Shown: positions 56,539 to 64,000 of the stretch, piece by piece
Position numbering within the stretch: the stretch's first letter is position 1
Layout of the letters: each line of letters begins with the position of its first letter
NCBI GenBank assembly: GCA_963748215.1
Contig: CAVVHS010000007.1
Span: 128,001 to 192,000, forward strand
Reading direction: 5' to 3'
DNA from: an uncultured Gammaproteobacteria bacterium
GTDB taxonomy: Bacteria > Pseudomonadota > Gammaproteobacteria > UBA9214
DNA length: 64,000 nt
Program-made: the position numbers and the translations under genes
The notes under the pieces: generated by a model
The model's database searches: none
Seen by the model: the letters and a program-made list of their open reading frames with translations, nothing else
Told to the model about the DNA's origin: nothing

Positions 56539-56845
56539 GTAGGCGCGGATCGTCTCAGCGTGTTTTTCGTAGGGTGTGAGACGTGAGACGTGAAAATAAG
56601 AATGGCCACGGAAGCATACGGAAGGACACGAAAAAATAGATGATTGTAGCCGCACAGGATGCGGTGAGCCTGCGAACCGCATCGATCGGTTTTCAACGTC
56701 GCTGAATGCCGGGCAGGGGTGGACGGCGCCCGTGATTTTTTATCCGGGATCGGCCTTGAGAAGCGCCCCTACAGAAATAGATACACCGGTTGATGTAGGG
56801 TGCGTTTTACGCACCGGGGATAGTGCACAGCGTGTACCCTACGGC
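56539..56845. repeat. Mosaic REP-like repeat cluster
   Basis: gtgagacgtgagacgtgaaaa, gccacggaag, caggatgcggtgagcctgcgaaccgcatc, gtagggtgcgttttacgcacc. Confidence 0.75.
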
Positions 56846-56880
56846 CGTGGTCCGTGAACAATGCGTTCGCGGCTCCGCAT

Positions 56881-56910
56881 AAAAACAAACCCCCGCCTGC
56901 GGGCGAGGGT
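56881..56910 (-). terminator. Rho-independent terminator
   Basis: Minus strand accctcgcc-cgca-ggcgggggt-ttgttttt. Confidence 0.65.
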
Positions 56911-56943
56911 CCGGCATGGAAACCCGGCGCCCGGCGCCAGGCT

Positions 56944-57225
56944 TCAACGCATCTGATACTTGCGGGAGCTGCGCACCAGCGAGCGCACCTTGGACATGTG
57001 ACTGCCCGTGCTGATGATCACGTGGCGCTCGACGTCGTCATAGACGCGCTGGGCATCGCAGTTGGCCGGATTGCCCGAGTTCTCGCATATATCCTTGACG
57101 AAGGCCTGCACACAGACCGGCAGCTGATCGTCGGTGCAGCCGAGGCAGCCATCGAAGGCGTGGTCACAGGCCAGCGCGCCGCCCGCAAACAGGATCATTG
57201 CCAGTATCAGCGCATGTCTGCGCAT
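56944..57225 (-). CDS. Small secreted Cys-rich protein
   Basis: Signal ..GALA, 6 Cys including CxxC; followed by a terminator. Confidence 0.75.
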   Translation of the reverse strand: MRRHALILAMILFAGGALACDHAFDGCLGCTDDQLPVCVQAFVKDICENSGNPANCDAQRVYDDVERHVIISTGSHMSKVRSLVRSSRKYQMR

Positions 57226-57499
57226 GGTAAAACCTAACTCCATGATTTATCTCCAAAATCACGATAGTGTCAACAAAACAGTGCCACAGTATACGCCTCG
57301 TTTACCGCAAGCGTAGTACAAATCAACGGCAGGTTTGGGGGAATGTCGAGGGCCAGGGGGTGAAAAAATGTGAATAGTTTCTTGTCAGACAGACGGTTGG
57401 CATGACCTCTTTCGAAAGCCTTCACTTTCCCCATATAAATTGCGCGGATAATTCGAGCGACGCACAGGCAGGAGTCGAGACCGTTTTTACGGGCATAGC

Positions 57500-57715
57500 C
57501 TCGGTCTCACCTTCTCCCCCTGTGCTCCACGACACCTGGACATCCCCGGCAACTGCTCCATGCGTTGTTCTACCTCCTACATCCATGTAGTCGTGCGTCC
57601 CTGCAGTCGTGTCCGTCGTCGCGGGAGACATCGACGATGTGCAGGGATGAAAAAGTGTCGCGGGAGGGCAGGATGCCCGTAGCGACCGCCGGTAGCGACC
57701 GATGTGCAGGGAGAA
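57500..57715. other. GGA-loop-rich structured element (possible CsrA/RsmA-binding RNA or repeat)
   Basis: Minus strand hairpins tgcAGGGAcgca, ctacATGGAtgtag, gcATGGAgc; plus strand gggcAGGATgccc. Confidence 0.4.
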
Positions 57716-58021
57716 GTCAGACTGCGCAGAAACCGGCGTCAGCGCATAAATAGTCTGAAAATAACAGCGGAAATGGTTCCCGGATCCGCTATACGTGGCG
57801 ACAGCACTCGACTGACGACAGAGGGCGGGGGGTCGCATTAAAGTCTGCTGCCCGGTCTGTCGATTGTGTCACAGGTAAGCTCAGGCCGGGAAACATGTCT
57901 GCCAGCGCTTGAGGCCATCGCAATATCGCGCGTGCTGGCGACAACTGCCAGCGAACGTGCCGGTGTGCCGCCATGACCGGCTATCAACAGCCAGACAAAA
58001 ATCTTCAGGATTGGCGGTGCC

Positions 58022-59083
58022 ATGCAAGCGAGTGTTGTGTCGATCACCAGGCTGAAGGCCGGCCTTGCCGGCCGGCGAGACTGGCTGGCAACCATCCTGC
58101 GTGTACCTCTCGGGGGGGTGCTGGCATGCGCACTGTTGACGGGTTGTACCGTGGTCAACACGGCGGTGCCTGAATCCCGGCCCGGGTCGTCGCCTGAGCT
58201 GCAGGTAGAAAAATCTCCGGTCTACAAGCCGCCCCCGGTGCCGAAATTCCTGCTGCCCGTTGCGATCCTGCTGAGCGATGATGTACCCGCGTATAGCCGC
58301 ATTGCCGATGAACTGGTGACGCGGCTTGCCCGCAGCCACGAGATCATTTCCCTGCATGGCGATCCTGCCGCCGGTGACCAGGCCATCAGCAAGCTGAATG
58401 ATTCCGGTCACGGTTATATTGTTGCCATCGGACCGTTGGCGGCACAAATCGCGCGCCGGCTCACCGGCCGGCAGATCGTCTTCTGCCAGGTCTTCAATTA
58501 TCAGGAATATGGATTGACTGCAGACCACATTCGCGGCGTGAGTATCCTGCCGCCTGCAGAGCTGCAATTCAGCACCCTGAAATATCTCGACACCGGGCTG
58601 AAACAGGTCGGCGTGATCAGCGGTCCGGGGCATGAAGCACTGATCGCTCAGGCGCGCAGTGCCGCACGGCGTCACGGGATCGAGCTCGTTCATCGCGTGG
58701 CGCACTCCGATAAGGAAATGCTCTATACCTTCAAACGCCTGTCACCTGAAATCCAGGGTCTGTGGCTTTTGCCGGATGATCGTATTCTCAGCCGCCGGGT
58801 ATTGCGCGATGTCATGGCATACAGCAACAAACACGGCAAGCAGGTTATGGTTTTCCACCCGGAATTGCTGCGACTCGGTGGACTGCTCAGCGTGAGCGGG
58901 ATTGATGCCGACATCGCGGACCAGGTGATTGTTGCGCTGCGTGCCTCATCTGCCGGTACTGCTCCACCGGCAGCCGGCCTGCTGCCACTGACGCGGATAC
59001 GTATCGAGATCAACGCACAGGGCTTGCAAAAGTTGCACACTCCGGCTGAAACACGACGCCAGGCGGTGACCGATGTCCCGTAA
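58022..59083 (+). CDS. ABC-type solute-binding-like lipoprotein
   Basis: LLTGC lipobox, IVAIGPLAA, VFCQVF, GVS, LWLLPD; overlaps the next gene; start uncertain. Confidence 0.8.
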   Translation: MQASVVSITRLKAGLAGRRDWLATILRVPLGGVLACALLTGCTVVNTAVPESRPGSSPELQVEKSPVYKPPPVPKFLLPVAILLSDDVPAYSRIADELVTRLARSHEIISLHGDPAAGDQAISKLNDSGHGYIVAIGPLAAQIARRLTGRQIVFCQVFNYQEYGLTADHIRGVSILPPAELQFSTLKYLDTGLKQVGVISGPGHEALIAQARSAARRHGIELVHRVAHSDKEMLYTFKRLSPEIQGLWLLPDDRILSRRVLRDVMAYSNKHGKQVMVFHPELLRLGGLLSVSGIDADIADQVIVALRASSAGTAPPAAGLLPLTRIRIEINAQGLQKLHTPAETRRQAVTDVP

Positions 59084-61697
59084 GCGGCTCCCGGCAGCCG
59101 GGGCATCGAATCCGCACTCGCTGCTGTCCCGGCTGCGGGCGGTTATCCCGCGCATACGCAACGTCGGTACCGGGCGCTCGCGCAGCATGATCAACGACAT
59201 CCTCCTGCTGCAGCTGGTGTTTGCGACTTGCCTGGGATTGCTGGCCATCGGTGGCTTGTGGGCAATTTCAAAGACCGTCATCGGGGATAATCTGCAAAAG
59301 TGGGCGCAGGCCTGGATTACGGAACTGGAGGAGCTCGGTGCGCCACTGTATCAATCCGGGGATGAAGAGCGTTTTCTCCGGGTCGAAAACTATGTTGCGA
59401 ACTTCCCGGAAATTGCCCTGGTCCGCTATTACACGCCGGCAGGGGAGATCCTGTTCACGCTGGACCGCAGGGTGGCGCCTGACAGGTCCGTGCTTGCCCC
59501 GCTCAGCGCCCGGCAGCTGGACAAGCTGCGCACCGCCACCGCACCGGAAAAGCCCTATCTGCTCGACACCTCGACAGCGAGTCAGTCGATGTTCCGGGCA
59601 AGTTCACCGGTCTGGATCGAGTCAATGAGGCCGGCAGACCTGTTGAACCTGGATCTCGACTCAGGGCCGGCAGACCAGGTCGAGTTGATAGGGTACCTGG
59701 AAGTCGTCCTGGATTTCAGCCACTACCAGAACCGTCTCATTGCCGGGATCAAGATCGGCAGCGTGGCGCTCACGCTTGCGCTGCTGCTGGTGGCTATGGT
59801 CGGGCGGTATTTCCTGAAGAGTGCGCTGAAGCCGCTCGCCGATCTCGCGACCCCGCTGGCCCGGCTTGCCGCCGGCGAGACCGAGGTCAGCGTGAAGGCT
59901 ACCGGGCACAAGGAGATCATGGCCATCAGCAACGCGCTGCAGACGACGATTCGTGCGCTGAACGAGCGCGACAGGATGCTGCGCCGGCTTGCACACTACG
60001 ATCCGTTGACGGGATTGCCGAACCGGCGCTTCTTCACCCAGCGACTGGAGGATGAAATCGCCTCGATCGTACAAAGCGCCGGGAGCAGCGCATTGCTGTT
60101 CGTGGACCTTGACCAGTTCAAGTACGTCAACGATACGCTGGGGCATGCCGCCGGTGACCGGGTGCTCGTTCAGGCCGCCGGCTGCCTGCAGGGCAGACTG
60201 CGTGGAAAAGACGAGATCGCGCGCTTTGGCGGTGACGAGTTCACGATAATCCTCAAGGATATCACCAGGGAAGATACAACCCGTCTGGTGGAGGATCTGC
60301 TCAGGTTCATGCAGGACATTCACTTTGTCGAAAACGGCCAGTCAATCAACGTACCGTGCAGCATCGGGGTGACAATGATCAACACCGGGCGATATACGCC
60401 TGACGAGCTGCTTTCCCAGGCAGATATGGCGTGCCACGATGCGAAGGCGCGTGGACGCAACCGCTGTTGTTTCTACGAGATATCCGGTCTGGAAAAGCAA
60501 CGGATGAAAGAGGATATCGGCTGGTCGCACAGAATAAAACAGGCACTGAATGAAAACGGTTTCCTGCTGCAATACCAGCCGATCATCGATTTGGGCAGTG
60601 GTCGCCCGGTCATGCACGAGGTCCTGCTGCGGATGCGCGACAGGAATAATAAACTGATACCGCCTGCCGCTTTCATGCCGGCCGCCAATCGGTTCGGCCT
60701 GATGGCGAAAATCGATCACCTGGTGATTCGCTGTGCCTTGCAGGCACTGGCACGTTTCAGGGAAAACGGTCATCACGTCATCTTCACCCTGAACCTTTCC
60801 GGTTATGCGTTTGAGGATCCGGCGCTGGTCACGTTCGTGCGCGAGCACCTGGAAAAGAACCGGCTGGACCCGTCTGCGGTGATCCTGGAAATTACCGAAC
60901 AGGTCGCGGTAAGGCATCTGGAAAAGGCGCGCGGGTTGATTCAGGAGCTCACGGCAATCGGCTGCCGGTTTGCCCTTGACGATTTCGGCGCCGGCTTCAG
61001 CTCTTTCAATTACCTGAAATACCTGCCTGTTGACTTCATCAAGATAGACGGCGGCTTCGTCAGGAACATGGCCAGCGATCCTGTTGACCAGGCCATGGTG
61101 AAATCGATCATCCAGGTTGCCAATGCGGTGGGCAAACAGACCATTGCCGAATATGTTCAGGATGAAGAAACACTGCAGATGCTGTGTCAACTGGGTGTCG
61201 ACTATGCCCAGGGATTCCATATCGGCAAGCCGGCCGATACCCTGCTCGCCGAGCCGTTTAAACTACCTCACAAAGGTCCGGAGCGGATCGAGTGGCAGGA
61301 CTTTCAGGAGGAATTCATTCAACTTTGCGTCCAGTGGCACCTGCGTGACGAGCCGAGTTACCGGCGGCTCGAAGAGATGATGCTGGAGCGGGGTGTGCCC
61401 GTGCGGCATACAACCATTCATGGCTGGGTGCAGCGTTACAGCCCGGAGTCGGACAATCCCGTGCAAGCCCCGGCGCATCCTGTCAACCGTGATTATCACG
61501 TCGAGGAGACATCTGTCTATGTCAAGGACCAGCGCAAGTATCTGTACCGCGCCATCAGCGCCAACGGCGATACACTGGACTTCATACTTTTTGATGCCCC
61601 CGACAGCTGGGCTGCCAGAGAGTTTTTCCTCAAGCACCTGCAGACAGGTGTAGTCACCGGCAGCGTGTTGAAAGAAACCGGGCAGCTGGCGAAATAA
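59073..61697 (+). CDS. TM-periplasmic-HAMP-GGDEF-EAL protein with C-terminal IS6-transposase-derived domain
   Basis: Two TMs, HAMP, DPLTGLPNR, RGKD..RFGGDEF, EVLLRM, DDFGAGFSS; C-terminal SYRRLEEMMLERGV..HTTIHGWVQRY..KYLYRAISANGDTLDF. Confidence 0.92.
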   Translation: MSRKRLPAAGASNPHSLLSRLRAVIPRIRNVGTGRSRSMINDILLLQLVFATCLGLLAIGGLWAISKTVIGDNLQKWAQAWITELEELGAPLYQSGDEERFLRVENYVANFPEIALVRYYTPAGEILFTLDRRVAPDRSVLAPLSARQLDKLRTATAPEKPYLLDTSTASQSMFRASSPVWIESMRPADLLNLDLDSGPADQVELIGYLEVVLDFSHYQNRLIAGIKIGSVALTLALLLVAMVGRYFLKSALKPLADLATPLARLAAGETEVSVKATGHKEIMAISNALQTTIRALNERDRMLRRLAHYDPLTGLPNRRFFTQRLEDEIASIVQSAGSSALLFVDLDQFKYVNDTLGHAAGDRVLVQAAGCLQGRLRGKDEIARFGGDEFTIILKDITREDTTRLVEDLLRFMQDIHFVENGQSINVPCSIGVTMINTGRYTPDELLSQADMACHDAKARGRNRCCFYEISGLEKQRMKEDIGWSHRIKQALNENGFLLQYQPIIDLGSGRPVMHEVLLRMRDRNNKLIPPAAFMPAANRFGLMAKIDHLVIRCALQALARFRENGHHVIFTLNLSGYAFEDPALVTFVREHLEKNRLDPSAVILEITEQVAVRHLEKARGLIQELTAIGCRFALDDFGAGFSSFNYLKYLPVDFIKIDGGFVRNMASDPVDQAMVKSIIQVANAVGKQTIAEYVQDEETLQMLCQLGVDYAQGFHIGKPADTLLAEPFKLPHKGPERIEWQDFQEEFIQLCVQWHLRDEPSYRRLEEMMLERGVPVRHTTIHGWVQRYSPESDNPVQAPAHPVNRDYHVEETSVYVKDQRKYLYRAISANGDTLDFILFDAPDSWAAREFFLKHLQTGVVTGSVLKETGQLAK

Positions 61698-61711
61698 ATT
61701 CGACCAGCGCA

Positions 61712-61970
61712 TTCGCGCATGAGATGCGCTCCTACGCCCGATCGATGCTCCTGCAGGAGCGGATCCCATCCGCGATCATTTCAAACACCGCATCGCGCAT
61801 GAGATGCGCTCCTACGCCTGAGGAATCTCTGATTAATTCTCTCTTCGTCATCCCGGCGCATGCCGGTATCCGGATTTATCAATGACCTGGATGCCGGCCT
61901 TCGCCGGTATGACGAATTAATCAGAGATTCCCTGAATGATGCACCTGCAGGAGCGGACATGGTCCGCGAA
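61712..61970. repeat. Two REPIN-like elements, the second interrupted by a MITE
   Basis: cgcgcatgagatgcgctcctac x2, each followed by gcaggagcgga..tccgcga. Confidence 0.8.
61822..61931. mobile_element. 110-bp MITE with 18-bp TIR and CTGA target duplication
   Basis: ggaatctctgattaattc (61822-39) / gaattaatcagagattcc (61914-31); CTGA at 61818-21 and 61932-35. Confidence 0.85.
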
Positions 61971-62002
61971 CGATGCATGTTATCGCGACTGGTGCCTGCG
62001 GG

Positions 62003-62938
62003 TTATTCCAGCGGCCGGCCGGGCGGCGCCAGTACATGCCCGGCATTGAGCACCACCAGTGTATAGCGCTGGCCGTTCACCTTCGCGGCCAGCCACGGCC
62101 GCACGGTATCGACCAGTTCCTGCCGTGCCACCAGCGTCGGTAATGCCAGCCGCAGGTAGTCGCCTTCGCCGTTGAGGATGACCTGTTCCTCCCCGTCCGG
62201 CAGGTGCTGGATCACGAAGTGGTTCCAGTCCATGCGAATGCCGCCGGCCACCTCGCGCGTGATGGCCGCGGCGAGCGTACCCAGTTCGGCCAGTGCGCGC
62301 CCGCAGGCAGCACGCTTGGCACCGAGGTTTTCCATGCTGAAGAACTGGAACTCCAGCCCGTCACCGCTATCGCACACCGGTCCCGCCTGCTGGCTGAAAC
62401 TCCATTGCGCCTCGGCGCTGCTGACCTCCGGCAGGTACGCCGGGTCGGCGGTTGCCACCGGTTCGTCCAGCAGGCCCTCGCACCGGTTCAGCTCGCAGAA
62501 ACGCGCGATCACGCGCTGCTCGAAGGCGGACTGTTCCTGCATGCGCGGGCTGCTCGCCACCACCGGACGGCCCGCCACGATCAGGTACAGGCTGCCCTCG
62601 GGGCCGGTGCTGAGTTCGACCGGCGTGTCGGGCAGGATACTTTGCGCCAGCAGGGTGTAATCGACCGCCAGCTGTTCGACCGCGGCGGCCCAGCGCCGCA
62701 GCCCGCCCTGCTGTGTGCGGTCGCGCTTGTCGCGGCGCGCGCGTTGCGCCTCGTCGGAGTAGGCCGCGGCCAGCTCCTCGATGGTGGCGCGTGCCAGGTC
62801 GGCGCGCAGCGGCGCGGGCTGCCCGGCAAGGTTCGCCGCCAGGCCGTTCAGCCGGTAGATCGGCGTGACTGACTGTGCCTGCGCCGTTCCCGCCGGCAGG
62901 CTGCAGAGCATCGCGAGTATGAACAGGTATCGATACAC
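62003..62938 (-). CDS. Hypothetical exported protein
   Basis: GTG start, signal ..AQA, host-like codon usage, paired Cys. Confidence 0.8.
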   Translation of the reverse strand: MYRYLFILAMLCSLPAGTAQAQSVTPIYRLNGLAANLAGQPAPLRADLARATIEELAAAYSDEAQRARRDKRDRTQQGGLRRWAAAVEQLAVDYTLLAQSILPDTPVELSTGPEGSLYLIVAGRPVVASSPRMQEQSAFEQRVIARFCELNRCEGLLDEPVATADPAYLPEVSSAEAQWSFSQQAGPVCDSGDGLEFQFFSMENLGAKRAACGRALAELGTLAAAITREVAGGIRMDWNHFVIQHLPDGEEQVILNGEGDYLRLALPTLVARQELVDTVRPWLAAKVNGQRYTLVVLNAGHVLAPPGRPLE

Positions 62939-63222
62939 TCAGGGCATCCCTGTTGGCATGTCATGGCAAGTCACGTAGTGACGAAGCCATCGTCGGCCGT
63001 GTGATTCATGAACAGGAAAGCTCGCTTCGCTGCGTGCGTCATGACGAAATCCTGGCTGAATGAGGGGCTTCATGAGAAACAGTATACCGGGCCGCTTGCC
63101 CGGACGGGCCTGATGTCGATCAGGATTTTCCGGTGCCGGTCTGTGCCATGATGAAGAACGTGATGGACACAACGCCGCTACCCGCTATCCCGCAGCTGCC
63201 CGCCGCACCGGCCGCGCTGCTC

Positions 63223-63267
63223 CCGGCATGCGCCGGGATGACGATGAGTGAATTAATCAGAGGTTCC
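63223..63267 (-). mobile_element. Solo inverted copy of the 61822 MITE left end
   Basis: 42/45 match to the reverse complement of 61822-61866; followed by CTGA. Confidence 0.7.
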
Positions 63268-63509
63268 CTGAATAATCGCGCTTGGGAAGCGCTCCTGCAT
63301 TGATAGATACACCTGCGGATCCGGATATCCGCGTAGGGTGCGTTTTACGCACCGGGGAGGGTGCCCAGCGTGCACCCTGCGGGCGCGGTCCGTGTGAAGA
63401 CCTGCTTTTTGCAATCAAACAGCCACATTCTCCCGGAATCCGCAAATCTCATAACCGCTGCTTTGGGTTCTATGTTAGGTTCTGTGACAGTAGCGAAAGG
63501 AGGTGGTGT

Positions 63510-63986
63510 ATGCGTAAACACATAACCGGCGAGGTCGCCCAGAAAACCTCGCCTGCAGGAAATGAGAACTGGCTGGACCTGGATCAGCTGGTGACCGTCG
63601 AGCTGACGTCCGAGGATGCGGCCTATCCGATCGAGTCGGCGCTGCTGGCCGATGGCGGGCCTGGCTGGCGCGCGCAAGACCCCGGAAAGCAGACGATACG
63701 CCTGCTGTTCGACAAGCCGCGCAGAATCAGTCACATCCAGTTGGTGTTTCAGGAAACGGCGCGGGGGCGTACCCAGGAATTCGTGCTGCGCTGGTCCGCG
63801 GGCGGCGGGGCACCCGATCGGGAGATCGTGCGCCAGCAGTACAACTTCAGTCCGCCCGATGCGACCCGCGAACTGGAAGACTATGTCGTCGAGCTCGACG
63901 GGTTGACGGTGCTGGAACTGATGATCATCCCCGATATCAGCGGCAACGACACGCGGGCGTCGCTGGCCCAGTTGCGGCTTGCCTGA
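63510..63986 (+). CDS. Putative carbohydrate-binding (galactose-binding-like fold) protein
   Basis: SD aaaggagg; TSED..YPIESAL, GWRA..PG.QTIRL.FD, RTQEF, RQQYNFSP. Confidence 0.75.
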   Translation: MRKHITGEVAQKTSPAGNENWLDLDQLVTVELTSEDAAYPIESALLADGGPGWRAQDPGKQTIRLLFDKPRRISHIQLVFQETARGRTQEFVLRWSAGGGAPDREIVRQQYNFSPPDATRELEDYVVELDGLTVLELMIIPDISGNDTRASLAQLRLA

Positions 63987-64000
63987 TCGTTCCCTGCGCG

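Noticed and set aside
57402-57974. Short ORFs in the 57.3-58.0 kb intergenic region
   Set aside because: No recognisable motifs; they overlap structured GGA-rich sequence that is better explained as non-coding.
61287-61697. Intact active IS6 element
   Set aside because: No separate start, no recognisable TIRs, an altered first catalytic Asp and a missing C-terminal DDE half.

Overview
High-GC gammaproteobacterial chromosome segment (gene order and content suggest a Chromatiales-like organism; inference only). The left half is mostly housekeeping: ilvBHC-psd-like-pssA-leuA, udg, rimI, prfC, valS-holC-pepA/lptFG, tRNA-Glu, pcnB-folK-dNK-panBCD. It is interrupted by a visibly AT-rich rpfF/rpfC/rpfG (DSF quorum-sensing) cluster. 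The right half is accessory: three tandem secreted paralogs that each keep an ECF-like promoter, a MASE1-PAS-GGDEF-EAL protein, ygiQ, a minimal Enzyme I-like protein, ppnN, an xdhC-mocA-iorAB molybdoenzyme operon, a patatin, and a solute-binding lipoprotein coupled to a HAMP-GGDEF-EAL protein. Intergenic spaces hold many REP/REPIN-like repeats, including a 7 x 101 bp array and nested MITEs. The most notable observations are: (1) an IS6-transposase-derived domain fused in frame to a membrane c-di-GMP enzyme; (2) the rpf DSF cluster; (3) an unannotated Leu-rich leader peptide with an anti-SD helix upstream of leuA; (4) a MITE splitting ilvB-ilvH; (5) a psd homolog lacking its catalytic residues. 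Two apparent +1 indels (pcnB, panB) may be assembly errors. All calls were made by eye, with no database searches.
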